Part shown: positions 41,165 through 55,563 of the stretch, piece after piece
Layout: each line of letters starts with the position of its first letter
Numbering within the stretch: the stretch's first letter is position 1
Program-made: the position numbers and the translations under genes
NCBI GenBank assembly: GCA_964016885.1
Contig: OZ024741.1
Span: forward strand, 313,224,001 to 313,288,000
DNA from: Eledone cirrhosa
Lineage: Eukaryota
DNA length: 64,000 bases
Direction: 5' to 3'
Notes under the pieces: model-generated
Seen by the model: the letters and a program-made list of their open reading frames with translations, nothing else
What the model was told of the DNA's origin: nothing
Database searches by the model: none

Positions 41165-44100
41165 CAAACATACACATACATACATATACATATACATATA
41201 TATACACACATACACACACATATATATATATATACACACACACACATACAAACATACACACATCTGTACATATATATACACACACATACACTCACCGACA
41301 TACATGTATACCCACACGCACATCCATCCATACATACCTACACACATATATGTGTGTGTCTCACCGTTCACTCAGATATTCATGTGTACACATAAGAAGA
41401 GGGGGGGGGTAGTGAAATGGAATTTTACCTCCGAGTGTTAATTCATTTTTTCGTGTTCAGTAGTGGTTTAAATTTTTCAATGAAGAATTCTTCTTTATAT
41501 CTGCGGAAATGTTCGTTATCCGACCATATCTTGAAGAAAGGGAAGATTGTGAATTCTCCCTTCCCGCATGATGCAAAGTGTGCGCTACATGTGGTATTTC
41601 TGACTGTGGGGTCTTTAATTTGTTGTTTATGTACCCGGACTCTATCATGTAATCCCGTTCCGGTTTCCCCAATGTAATACTCTTTACACTGTGGACATGT
41701 TGCGCAATATATTAGGTTTTCGTTTTGCAGTTCATGTTTGCATTGACCTTGAAATTATCATGGTTTTTGAAGGACAACTGTTTGCCCTCTTCGATGAGTT
41801 CACAGGTTCCACATCTAGGGTCCCCGCATTTCGTCACTTGCATTGATTCCATGTTGGTCGTAAATTTTGCCTTGGTAATTAGTTTTTTAAGGTTGGGTGC
41901 TGGCCGTCTGCTATAAATTATATGTGTGTTTTTTAAGAGTGCATTCATTTTGGTAGATTGCTGTAGAATCGGGAGATACTGCTTAGCAGTTTTCACAATG
42001 TTGATGTTCCCTGGGTTGTGAGTGATGACAAAAGAGATAGCAGGGTTTTCTTTTTTATGTTGTGGGTTTGCTTTTCTCAGTGTTGTTATTGAGATGTTCT
42101 TAGCCTTGGAGATGGCTGCGTTGATGAGTTTTATGGGGTATTCTTGTTTTTTAAGGAATTTTTTCAGGTCACATAATCTTTTTTTCTTGTAGTACGGGGT
42201 GTGTTGCTATAGTGCAAAAAAAAAAAAATTATTTTGGGATTTTGTGAAGAAAATAATTTTGTTCAAAGCACAAGTGAAGCCATTTATTTCGTCCCCCCCC
42301 CTGTCTTAATATACCTAACTGTACCAAGGATTACACACATTTTCCAATATTCTATCACCTTGCACAAGACAGAATGGCTAACACACGTTCAAAATCCTCT
42401 ACTGAATCCCTCAAATCGGAGACACTTCTACAGGAAATATCAGAAAAACTCACCATAATAATAGATAAATATGATTCCCTTACGAATGTCGTACAAGAAA
42501 TGGAACAACAAACACGCATCTATAGGGAAAAACTTGACTCACTAATTACAGACCGACAAAAACAAGAACAAACCTTTTCTCCTGAAATAGCTACATATGA
42601 ACAGAACTCCATCACCAATAATGCATTCAAAGAATGGAATGAACTGAATCTAGAAAAAGAAGCCTGCAGAAAAAAAAACAAATGAAAAACATTTGGAACC
42701 AACTATTAAATCAAAGGAAACAGGCATACTGGAAAGCTTTGAGGAGTGAAAACCTAGCAGACACATACGAAATATGGCGTAGCAAGGAACCAGTTATCCT
42801 CCCGAGAAAATTCCGAATTAAAGAAATACCATCGGAATCAAAGGAAGAAACTGCAACAAAACTAAATCTAGCACTCCAAACACTTGAGACCGAAATCACC
42901 CCACTCCGCCTAAGAGTGCCAACATTCAAAGAGAAATTTGAAAAATGCGACACCACCAACCAAGAGGAAATAAACAAAAGAAGCAGCGGCAATGTACGTG
43001 AAAAACTCTTTAACCTATGGCAGACAGATACAACTAGAGAGGAGTTAAAATCAAAGCAAATCTTGGAGTCAAGAACTCAATGGCTTCAAGAATATGAAGA
43101 TAACTATGTGAAAGACCAAATAAAACCCAGAAAACAAACCCATAGGAAACCCCAGAACTCAGGAAAATACAACACAAGAAATGAAGCATCCTACAACAAC
43201 CAGATATTGGGTAACCCCAAACACACAACTACATACAGACCCAATACTCAACACCAGAACCAGATACAACCACTGCCATAACACCAAAAACAATTACCGG
43301 AGACAAAATCAAAGAAACATGAATACTGAACGAAACAACAGAAGAACCAGACCCCTATACAGCAACGACCACGCAAGAGTCTATCGCCCAACCAGTTACC
43401 GGCATGAAGTTCCGGCGGGCCAAAGGTTTCACCCCAACAGAAACACCCCTATCCCAAATGGCACCCATTTTTTAGGACTAGGGGCCCCGCACCAAATGAA
43501 AGAAAAAAAGAAAAATGCACCACCTTTCAAGTGGCACCTGACGAGAAAGAACCAATCGAATCAAAAATAATCAATATATCAGCCAAGAAATTAACACAAC
43601 CAGAAATACAACTGTTAGAAAATGGACTGAAGTTCACTCCCACTCCGAAAGCAGATACAGCCGATGTTATAAAAGACACAGAAGAATACTGTCGAAAATT
43701 ACTCTTAGGAGAATTCTTCCAGGGTGTACAATACGAGGAAGAATCCCTGTTGAAAAACAAAAAGAACTTCACACCCCCGCTAAATAGAGATAAATACCTG
43801 GAGGAGTACATAATCTGCCTTCGCCGATCAGCACGTACAAATACGGCCGAGACGAAACACAAACGCAACATCCCTACAGACCAACTACTAGCATTGAACA
43901 AGCTACAAAGGAATTCCTTAATAATAATAAGAGAAGCGGTCAAACGTGGCGCAATCGTCATCATGGACACAAACCACTACAAAGATATGGTTCTAGCACA
44001 CTTGAATGACGAAAACTTCTACAGGAAAATCACTAAAAACGAAGAAAGGAAATCGAGGAACCAAATAGGCAAACTAACAACAAAGTACCAAAACAACCTA

Positions 44101-44717
44101 ACACCAAAAGAAGTAGATTACCTAACCAACTTCGAAATGAAAACCAGCAATTTCTATGGATTACCAAAAATTCACAAATCCATAGAAATCCAAAACAACA
44201 TAAAGGGAAAAATACATCATACATCGACGCACCAAAACCGACAGACTTAAAATTACGCCCCATTATTGCTGGCCCAGCCTCAAGCACACGACGTCTAAGC
44301 AACCTATTAGACATCATACTCAAACTCCTATGTAAAAAAGTTCCAAGCTACATCAGAGATGATATGGAATTCCTTAACTATATCCCCCAAAAAGTACATC
44401 AGGATACAATCCTAGTCAGTTTTGATGTAATAAGCCTGTACACTAACATCCCACACGACCTAGGGATTGAAGCTGTGGACTTCTGGATTACAAAACACTC
44501 AAGTCACATTTCAGAAAGATTCCCCAAAGAATTCATCTTGGAAGGACTTAAATTAGTATTGGAAAACAACCACTTCCTCTTTGACAACGAACTTTATCTA
44601 CAAATAAAAGGAACAGCCATGGGTACCAAAGTGGCCCCTACATATGCAACGCTCGTTATGGGTCACTTAGAGGCAAAATTATATTCCCAACTACAGATAA
44701 CATCTGGCAGATGAGTA

Positions 44718-44762
44718 AACGGTGCTGATGATAGCTAACAAGCTTGAAACTAGTACATCGTT
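44718..44762 (+). ncRNA. Minimal type I hammerhead, family B
   Basis: AACGGTG-CTGATGA-TAGCTAACAAGCTT-GAAACTAGTA-CATCGTT. Confidence 0.88.
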
Positions 44763-44942
44763 CCTGTGTCAGTGTTGAACAAAAAGGTGACGTGGTTGCC
44801 TTAACACCGTATGGCATAAATTCAGGCTGTTCGATTTGTTGACAAACAAACGAACAAAGCAGGCGTTATAATAAACGTCGGCTAAACTGATGCGTGCATA
44901 TATGTATGTGTACCTGTATGCATATGTATATATATATGTATA

Positions 44943-45028
<86 letters not shown>

Positions 45029-45262
45029 TGCTACTGTACGTCTGTATACATATATGTATGTACGTATACATACATACTTACATTTAAGTAAGTGCCATAC
45101 TATGAGTGAGAAATGAAATTTCGTTTTCATTTTTTTTAACTTATCGTTTTCGGTATGCCTGACCGATTTAACTCACTCAATATGCAAATTAGGCTGCTCA
45201 GCCGTTAATTTTCATAAGGAAAGTATATACTTTCGAACGTTCAACTATCTGGCAGATGGGTA

Positions 45263-45307
45263 AACGGTGCTGATGATAGCTGACAAGCTTGAAACTAGTA
45301 CATCGTT
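45263..45307 (+). ncRNA. Minimal type I hammerhead, family B
   Basis: Same motif with a single change in loop 2 (GACA). Confidence 0.88.
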
Positions 45308-45476
45308 CCTGTGTCAGTGTTGACAGAAAGGTGACGTGGTTGCCTTAACACCGTATGGCATAAATTCAGGCTGTTCGATTTGTTGACAAACAAACGAACA
45401 AAGCAGGCGTTATAATAAACGTCGGCTAAACTGATGCTTGCATATATGTATGTGTACCTGTATGCATATGTGTGTA

Positions 45477-45566
<90 letters not shown>

Positions 45567-45800
45567 TGCTACTGTACGTCTGTATACATATATGTATGTA
45601 CGTATACATACATACTTACATTTAAGTAAGTGCCATTCTAAGAGTGAGAAATGAAATTTCGTTTTCATTTTTTTCAACTTATCGTTTTCGGTATGCCTGT
45701 CCGATTTAACTCACTCAATATGCAAAGTAGGCTGGTCAGCCGTTAATTTTCATAAGGAAAGTATATACTTTCGAACGTTCAACTATCTGGCAGATGGGTA

Positions 45801-45845
45801 AACGGTGCTGATGATAGCTAACAAGCTTGAAACTAGTACATCGTT
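45801..45845 (+). ncRNA. Minimal type I hammerhead, family B
   Basis: Same motif as 44718-44762. Confidence 0.88.
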
Positions 45846-46004
45846 CCTGTGTCAGTGTTGAACAAAAAGGTGACGTGGTTGCCTTAACACCGTATGGCAT
45901 AAATTCAGGCTGTTCGATTTGTTGACAAACAAACGAACAAAGCAGGCGTTATAATAAACGTCGGCTAAACTGAAGCGTGCATATATGTATGTGTACCTGT
46001 ATGC

Positions 46005-46070
<66 letters not shown>

Positions 46071-46182
46071 GCTACTGTACGTCTGTATATATATATATAT
46101 ATGTACGTATACATACATACTTAGATTTAAGTAAGTGCCATACTAAGAGTGAGAAATGAAATTTCGTTTTCATTTTTTTCAA

Positions 46183-46223
<41 letters not shown>

Positions 46224-46272
46224 GTGCGTGTATGTATATGTATGTATCTATATATATGTGTGTGTATGTATA

Positions 46273-46345
<73 letters not shown>

Positions 46346-47157
46346 ATGTATGTATATGTATACATGTATGTGTATATGTATGTATTTGTATGTGTATGTA
46401 TGTATATATATATATATATGTGTGTGTGTGTATGTGTGTGTGTGTGTATGCATGTATGTGTGAACGGAGGCATATATACGGACATATGTATATGTGTGTA
46501 TGTATGTGTGTACAAGTGTGTGTGTGTGTGCGTGTATGTGTATATATGTATATTTAGTTATGTATCTTTATGTGTGCATATGTATGTATATGTATGTATG
46601 TATATATATATATATATATACCCATGTGGAGGTATCAGTACATATTCGTGTGTGTACGTATGTGTATATGTGTTTTATATGTGTCTTTATATGTTTTTAT
46701 GTATGTATGTGGATATATATGTACATGGTTGTGTGAATGATGCTGCGTACCTATATATTCCTACATATGCCCGTGTGTGTATGTACGTATATACGCACAT
46801 ACGTGTGTGTTGAACAAAGGACTAATTTTGGGATGGACATAGAAAAATTCTTCAGAAAAAAATAATTGTTTACAAACTTGGCAGGTGCGGTTTGCCTATG
46901 ACCATTCTCAACACAAAGGAATACTAAAAGCTTTTTCCCCTGAATAAAGAATTTTTCGAGAATGACCGGGGCAGACCGCACTTGCTACATTCCTCCCCAC
47001 CCAACCCTACTCACCGTCTCAACTCATTGTTGCTATTAACACTTTTTCAACCCACCTACACCCCTACACTTATTAAAGTGGGAGAACCCCCCCTTCCACC
47101 ACCACACCACGGACATGTCAAATTCCTATATATAGAACAACACACCACATACACATC

Positions 47158-47192
47158 AGTTTGACAAGCGCACCTCAGCGTGAAAGGTCGTT
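47158..47192 (+). ncRNA. Candidate hammerhead variant (U3-A8) in the Neptune pLTR, family J; inverted twin at 39836-39870
   Basis: AGT-TTGACAA-GCGC ACCTCA GCGT-GAAA-GGTC-GTT, identical in both pLTR copies. Stems I and III are weak. Confidence 0.4.
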
Positions 47193-48659
47193 CTAAAAAC
47201 GAAACAATACCTACTACTTTAACCAAGAACTCCTAAGACCTAACAAACAACCAACAACTTAATTTATAAAATAAAAAAAAAATTTTTAGAAAAAAAAAAA
47301 AATGTTCTACTCCGGAAAAAAAAAAAAAAAATATAGTTCTTTTGGGATTTGGTGAAGAATATAAATTTGTTGAAAGCACAAATGAAGCCATTTTTTTCTT
47401 CCCCCCTGTCTTATATATATATATATATATGTAGTTATACTTGGGGAGTGTCATATTCGTGTAATATTGCCAGAATTAATAACAGAACACACTCACTGTT
47501 TGGTTGGTTTTCGCTTTTCGCTTCTGTCTCTTTTATATCGGTTAATTTAATTTATTCGGTCCTCAATGTTGTCATTGACTAACCAACGTTCAAAAATACA
47601 GATACAATATAGACACAGACACATATATATAGTCTATCAAAGTTCTTTCGTTGCACATCTGCAACATCGTCAGTGTTTTTATTGTTTCCTCCCGTTGCAT
47701 CGTATGTCTACGCCATCTTTATTTAGTCTATTTACTCTTTTACCCTTTTTTTTAACCTGTTTCAGCCATCCGGCTGAGGCCATGCTGGGGCACCTCCCTG
47801 TTTATATATTTATTTATTTATTTGTTTGTTTTTTGTTATTGTTTTTTGTTGTCTTCTTTGCGCATGCGTTTGCGTGTGTGTATAGTGTTTTGTTTGATGT
47901 GTGTTTGGGTGACTGTGTATCGGTTACTGTATTCTATCTTTACTAGTGTGTGTTTATATGTGTTTGATGTTATTGTGTTTGTGTATGTATTTATTTGTTT
48001 ATCTATTTATTTATTTTTTTATTTATACTTCTCTTAGGTCAGTGTTGTTTGTTTGGGTGTTGTTGTTATTCAAATCATTTTTTCTGTTTAGCCTTCGCCT
48101 TCTATGTTCTATTAGACCGGCCTCTCTGATTTGCCTATCTGCTGTGTCATTTCTATGTTTAGATATTATTCTATTTTTTTATGTTGTCTATGTTACCGTC
48201 GTGTTGTTTTCTGGCATGTTCGTATAGTACTGAACCGTTTTTTCGTCCTTTTAGTTCCCCTCAGTGTTGGTCTATCCATTCACCTATGCTACGTGCTGTC
48301 TCGCCTATGTATGTTGTTGTCATATTTCTGCAAGTACCCTCTGCACATCTTATGCTATAGACATCGTTTCTAGTTTTACAGTTTATCCGGAAGTTTACTT
48401 CACATATGATACATTTCCTATTAGTACAGTGGGTTTTCTTAAAAGGGTAGATTTTGCTGATCAGGGATTTGATGGTGGTTCCTGGCTTTTATACCACCTT
48501 AATCTTTAAGTGGGTCTTTCTCAGGGACTTTCTACACTGGTTAACTAATTTCCCTCCAAGGGTAGCGTCCACAAGCATGACACTCTGGTATCTCTGATTG
48601 TCGTACCATGAGTGGCTTTCCCTATCTTATGTCTAGCTCTATCTAAGTTATTCAATGAT

Positions 48660-49555
48660 TTGCTCCTGTATAATGGAATCAAGTGGCCTGATTGTGAAGA
48701 TAGCTAAAGCAAAAGTGTTGATGAATAGAAAAGAGGTCAATACACATATTCCATCAGGAAATTGGCCATTTTAGCTATATAGGAAAGGAACTGGCATAAA
48801 TTCCATAACATGTACGCAATGGATATCTTGGGTTAACAAGAGCTGTAGTGGGATAGAAGGCAAATTAACAGGTAGGGAAAACTACGTATGCAATAGATTT
48901 ACAGGGAAAGTTGGTAGTAGTAATCGCTGTGATAGACTCATTTTTCCAATGCAGGCGAGTTCTATAGAATTGGTTGATAGCTTCCAGTACCTAGGTGATC
49001 AGATAAGCTTGGGAGTCGGGTGTTCCGCCTCCCTAGTATCTAGTATAATTACGGGTTGGAAGAAGTGTATGGAGCTGCTTTCTCTGTTGACAAAGAAGCT
49101 TTTCTCGCTGCGTACTTAAGGACGGTTATATGATACCTGTGTGTGATGCGAGGATGCTGCATGGTAGTTAGAAATGGACAGCAACTGCTGAATATATGCG
49201 ACGGCTGGAGAGAAATGAAGCAAGTATGCCCCGGTGGATGCGCAATTTTAATGTGCGTGAATGACAAAGCATAGATGAGTTGAGAAGGAAACTGGGTATA
49301 AGAGGGATAAGTTGTGGTGTGGAGGAGAGTAGGCTGAGATGGTATGGACATATGATGTGCATGGATGATGAGCGCTGGGTGAAGAAGTGACATGAAATCC
49401 AAGTGCAGGGAAGACGCAGTAGAGATAGACCACGAAAAACATGGGCGAAGCTGGTAAAAATCACCGAGGAGATGACAAAGGACCGTGACAAGTGGGGTGG
49501 TGTTGTGCTGAATAGGACCCGTCCAATTATTGCAAGCAGGGAAAAGCGGGCGGAA
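48660..49555 (+). mobile_element. RTE LINE 3' fragment (within duplicated unit)
   Basis: Homologous to 2230-2990 (reverse) and 51350-52240. Remnants of RLRWYGH and GRRSRDRPRKTW. Confidence 0.8.
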
Positions 49556-50257
49556 AAATGTTAATAAATATAAATGCATGTGAAGAAAGTACAATTTGCC
49601 AAATATACTTTTCAGTTAACAAAATGATTTAACTGAACCTGTTTTATTAGTAAACAACATGCTACTACACCATCACTTGATACGCGGTAAATTCAAAAAC
49701 CTAAATATTCCTTATCCAATGTGTATCATTATTACGTGGCGATATGATTTTACTTCCGACCTGTTTTATTTCGTGGGGAAAGTACCGTAGATTTATCGAT
49801 AGTTTAGATAATTCATTGAATCAGTATACCATTCATATTATAACTATGATATTCATGATAATATTATAGATATATATGTGTGTATATATATGTGTATGTA
49901 TGTAAGTATCTATTTATGTATGTATGTGTGTGTGTATGTGTGTATGTATGCATTTATATATATATATACACTATATTATATATATATTGTAGAATGTGGT
50001 AATATTTAAAGGATTATATATGATATTTTTATTATAATATTGTTTGTTACTTTCATAATGTTATTAACATTGCATTTAATTGAACTAAACATCCACGTAT
50101 TTTTTATAGAGGATCAATATAATATTCAATAAATCTACAACTTCATTTGTTTAGCACAAGACCACTTTAATCTTGAAATTTAATATAACATTGTATCATT
50201 GATATATTATGTAATTAATGATATCTTCAACATTATCATATATATTGTTAATTTTAG

Positions 50258-50392
50258 AATGCCGAGCAGGAACATTTGGTGTTGCTTGTAATGGGACCTG
50301 CCATTGTATCAACAACACGAACTGTGACAAGCGAAATGGAACATGTTTAGCTGGATGTTCTGCAGGTTATACTGGTGACGATTGCCAAGAAG
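50258..50392 (+). CDS. 135-bp phase 1-1 exon, intact 8-Cys EGF/laminin-EGF-like module (MEGF10/11 or SCARF-like receptor ectodomain)
   Basis: attttag|[45 protein letters not shown]|gtatct. Confidence 0.8.
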
Positions 50393-50472
50393 GTATCTCG
50401 TATAATTGTTACGTAATTATTATACAAACGCACACACACACACCCACACATACACAAACATACACGTATACA

Positions 50473-50533
<61 letters not shown>

Positions 50534-50537
50534 ATAC

Positions 50538-50568
<31 letters not shown>

Positions 50569-51089
50569 TACATAAATTCATTTTATATATACTGTATGTG
50601 CCGGTGTAAAAGTTCATCCGCTGCATCTCTCGACCCATCACATTTGTGGTACAAATCTGGTTTAGGCCTATATACGCCAGTTTAGACGACACCCCTGGTA
50701 TAAGGGCTTACCTTCTCCCCAGCCGTAGATATGTTTTCCGTTGTTTATTTGCATTAAATAGAAAACATTAAAATAAACAGTAAATTGTTGTAAAATAAAA
50801 ATGCATGTGAAGAAATTACAAGTTGCAAAAGTTTTATTTCAGTTAACAAAATGATTCAACTGAACTGTTTTATTAGTAAACAATATCCTACCACACCGAG
50901 ACTTGATATGCGCGAATTTTTAAAACCTAAATATTCCTTATCCAATGTGTATCAGCTTAGATGGCGATATATATTTACTGTCGTCCTGTTTTGTTTCGTG
51001 GGGAAATTACCGTAGTTTTCCGATAATTTAGATAATTCAGTGAATCAGTATACCATTAATATAATAACTATAATATTAACACTAATAGG

Positions 51090-52245
51090 AATCACTTGTG
51101 AGGACAATGCAAGCTATGTACAGGGGTGCTGTCATTAAAGTGACAATAGAAATGGAATTTAATGAGGAATTCCAGATACTAGTAGGTGTGCCTCAAGGTT
51201 CGCTCCTCAGCCCAAACCTTTTTCTTTATAGTTCTCCAAGCCATAACAGAGGAGTTTAAGTGCGGCTGTGTTTGGGAACTTATCTATGCTGATGATCTGG
51301 TTCTTATAGAAGATTCAGTAGAGGGGCTAGAGAATAAATTCTGGATATGGAAACAGCAGTTTGAATCAACAGGCGTGAGAGTGAACATAGCTTAAACAAA
51401 AGTGTTGATAAGTAGAAGAGAGGACAACGCTCTGATTCCATCAGGAAATTGGCCATGTTAGATATATAGGAAAGGAACTGGCATACATTCCATAAAATGT
51501 ACGAAATGCTGATCTTGGAGACACAAGAGTTGTAGTGGGATAGTAGGCAAACCAACAGGTAGGGAAAACTATGTAGGCAATAGATGTACTGAGGATGTTG
51601 GCAGTAGTAATCGTTGTGATAGACACATTTTTCCAATGTAGGTGGATTCTATAGAAGTGGTTGATAGCTTCCGGTACGTAGGTGATCAGATAGGCATGGG
51701 AGTGGGTGTTTCGATTTCATAGTATCTAGAATATGGACGGGTTGGAAGAAGTATATGGAGCTGCATTCTCTGTTGACAAAGAAGCGTTTCTCCCTGCGTA
51801 GAAAAGGACGGTTATACGATACCTGTGTGAGATGCGAGGATGCTGCATGGTAGTTAGAAATGGACAGCAACTGCTGAATATATGCGACGGCTGGAGAGAA
51901 ATGAAATAAGTATGCTCCGTTGGATGTGCAATTTTTATGTGCCTGAACGACCAAGCATAGACGAGTTGAGGAGGAAACTGGGTATAAGAGGGATAAGTTG
52001 TGGTGTGCAGGAGTGAAGGCTGAGAAGGTGTGGACATATTATGTGCATGGAGGATGAGCGCTGGGTGAAGAAGTGCCAGGAACTCCAAGTTGAGGGAAGA
52101 CGCGGTAGATATAGACCACGAAAAACATGGGCGGAGCTGGTGAAACTCACTGAGGAGATGACAAAGGACCGTGAAAAGTGGGAAGATGCTGTGTTGAAGA
52201 GGACTCGTCCAAACATTGCAAGCAGGGAAAAGCGGGCGGAAAAAT
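51090..52245 (+). mobile_element. RTE LINE 3' fragment (within duplicated unit)
   Basis: GVPQGS, WELIYADDLVLI and GRRGRYRPRKTW remnants. Near-identical to 61035-62120. Confidence 0.85.
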
Positions 52246-52942
52246 TATAATAAATAAAAATGTATGTGAAGAAAGTACAATTTGCCAAATATACTTTTCA
52301 GTTAACAAAATGCTTTAACTGAACAGTTTCATTAGTAAACAAGATGCAACCACACCATCACTTGATACGCGGTAAATTCAAAAACCTAAATATTCCTTAT
52401 CCAATGTGTATCATTATTACGTGGCGATATGATTTTACTTCCGACCTGTTTTATTTCGTGGGGAAAGTACCGTAGATTTATCGATAGTTTAGATAATTCA
52501 TTGAATCATTATACCATTCATATTATAACTATGATATTCATGATGATATTATAGATATATATGTGTGTATATATATGTGTATGTATGTAAGTATCTATTT
52601 ATGTATGTATGTGTGTGTGTATGTGTGTATGTATGCATTTATATATATATATACACTATATTATATATATATTGTAGAATGTGGTAATATTTAAAGGATT
52701 ATATATGATATTTTTATTATAATATTGTTTGTTACTTTCATAATGTTATTAACATTGCATTTAATTGAACTAAACATCCACGTATTTTTTATAGAGGATC
52801 AATATAATATTCAATAAATCTACAACTTCATTTGTTTAGCACAAGACCACTTTAATCTTGAAATTTAATATAAAATTGTATCATTGATATATTATGTAAT
52901 TAATGATATCTTCAACATTATCATATATATTGTTAATTTTAG

Positions 52943-53077
52943 AATGCCGAGCAGGAACATTTGGTGTTGCTTGTAATGGGGCCTGCCATTGTATCAACAA
53001 CACAAACTGTGACAAGCGAAATGGAACATGTTTAGATGGATGTTCTGCAGGTTATGCTGGTGTCAATTGCCAAGAAG
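52943..53077 (+). CDS. 135-bp phase 1-1 exon, intact 8-Cys EGF-like module
   Basis: attttag|[45 protein letters not shown]|gtatct. Lies 2685 bp from the previous copy. Confidence 0.8.
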
Positions 53078-53157
53078 GTATCTCGTATAATTGTTACGTA
53101 ATTATTATACAAACGTACACACACACACCCACACATACACAAACATACACGTATACA

Positions 53158-53201
<44 letters not shown>

Positions 53202-53255
53202 TAACAAAATAATGAATAAAACAATGAAACAGTTCCTTATATTAAACAAAAAAAG

Positions 53256-53408
53256 TTCATTATTTAACGATCGTTTCTAGGACATATATGTATTAGAGTT
53301 GGCATGCACATTCAACAGATCTATGTACACAATTATACAAAATTATACAAACTATCAAATTTAATATACATACCAACACATATATATGCCGTCTTCAGAA
53401 ATAATGAA
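53256..53408 (-). ncRNA. Hammerhead family K (giant stem II), inverted arm
   Basis: Reverse complement of 60041-60193. Core and stem I are identical. Confidence 0.8.
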
Positions 53409-53768
53409 ATATATTTATTGATAATAACAACAATTCAAAATTACATGTCTGTTTGGGAACAGTGTTCAAATTGACCAATGAAATACACAAAAGTTTATCT
53501 AGAAAATACAGTTAGGTGTGTGTATATATGTAAGTAACTTCGTTCACAGATATGCATAAAAATATATGTTCACATGCATACGCATGTCGAAAAAATGTAT
53601 GTAAATACAAAAATTCAGGGCTAATGTCTCTGTATGTTTATAATCTACAGATAAAATACATATACGTATATAAATATATAAATAAATATATACACATTCA
53701 TATATACAAACATATACATACATTCACACAAACACGCACGTATACGCATAAACATACACATAACCACG

Positions 53769-53805
<37 letters not shown>

Positions 53806-54048
53806 GTGTATATATTATTATCATAACCATATGGACATTAAGGCACACACATAAGCACTGCCACATATATTTAGATCCAGATACAGAAAGTAGGTGGGGG
53901 GTGTCAGTATTTACGGGTGTCAGACAAACTGCCTATTTATAAATGTATCTATAAATTTAGAAATAAAAAGAAAAAGAAAAATATTAAAAAAATATTAAAA
54001 ATATACATATATATAAACAAGTAAAATATAAAATACACATCGATATAC

Positions 54049-54079
<31 letters not shown>

Positions 54080-54359
54080 CATACACATATATATATATAT
54101 ACATATACATACACACACATATATATACACATACACATACACACACACATATATACAGAGACACATACATATACACATATAAATACATAGACATATATAT
54201 ATACACACATATATATACATATATATATACACACACTCACAACACACACATATATATTTATATATACATATACACACACACATGTACATACACATATACA
54301 CATACATACCCATATATATATATATACACATACATACACACACACATATACACACACAC

Positions 54360-54416
<57 letters not shown>

Positions 54417-54429
54417 TATACATACATAC

Positions 54430-54461
<32 letters not shown>

Positions 54462-54773
54462 ACATATACGCATATATAGACACACATACACATCCATGTA
54501 TGCATATTCACATACAACCACACGCTCACACAACTCAGACATACATAAATAAAGAGATATACATACACACATATACATATATATATATATATATATATAC
54601 ATATATATAGATATATATACACATAAATATATATACACACACACACACACATATACATACACATATATACATATATATATATATACATATATATACATAT
54701 ATATATATACATATATATAAAAATAAAGAAACAAAGAAAGAAATAAATAAATACATACAGTCAGACAAATATG

Positions 54774-54819
<46 letters not shown>

Positions 54820-54985
54820 GACACATCAACTACAAATATATATATATATATATATATATACACACTCACATATACACGCACACATACGCATATATATATA
54901 CACACACACATATACACATAGACATATATATACGCATACATATACACACATACATATACACATATGTATACATATATACATATAC

Positions 54986-55022
<37 letters not shown>

Positions 55023-55563
55023 CGATCATACACCCTTATTTACATGCGCCCATATGTATTTTTATACTCACATACAAACACCCAAACATACATACCTACT
55101 TACATATACATACATACATCCACGCTTACAAATACAAATAATTATAGGGGGAGGGGGGGAGGGGATTATAGTAAATATAGGTTTCAAGAAACATATAATA
55201 TTAATCTGCATTTAGATCATAATATGTGTTTACATCGTAGTTTCAGTATTAGGAAATGTAAGAAAGAAGGCAAAATTATGCATTTTAATATAAGTAGACT
55301 ATTAATTATAGGATAACTAAATTAAAGATAGTTAATATATTGATTTCTAAGGTGTATACTACTTAGATTTATAATATTTGAAACGGAATTTTGAACTTAA
55401 ACAGTAGTAGAGTATTAACTATAGCATAACTAAATTAAAAATCTTAACATTATGGTATCAATATTAGGAAATGAATTTAGTAATAGGGAAAAAACCAAAT
55501 CAAGTATTACATCGGTAGTAGAATATAAATTATAGGTTAACAAAATTAAAAATTATATATTTC

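Larger units (their letters stand above)
44702..46185 (+). mobile_element. Hammerhead-bearing repeat family B, array 3 (~2.8 units, 538-545-bp period), nested in the Neptune element
   Basis: Hammerheads at 44718-44762, 45263-45307 and 45801-45845. Unit length differs mainly by internal (TA)n length. Confidence 0.88.
39640..47412. mobile_element. Rearranged Neptune-type Penelope-like element: inverted 3' half (39640-42215, -), partial pLTR, ORF 5' half (42374-44701, +), 3' UTR/pLTR (46220-47412, +)
   Basis: + strand: GLKFTPTP, FYGLPKIHK, RPII, LVSFDVISLYTNIP, GTAMG. - strand: KCGDPRCGTC, IYCATCPQC..YYIGETG GIY-YIG. 39680-40700 is the inverse of ~46330-47412. Confidence 0.88.

Noticed and set aside
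40288-41395. Long Cys/Val/Tyr/Ile-rich ORFs (347 aa etc.; also 53984-55001, 58645-59539 and many IYIY ORFs)
   Set aside because: Translations of TA/TG microsatellites that lack stop codons by composition, open in several frames on both strands.
44702-46185. CRISPR-like or satellite array
   Set aside because: Whole units are repeated with no unique spacers, copies are dispersed and low-order, and the context is eukaryotic.
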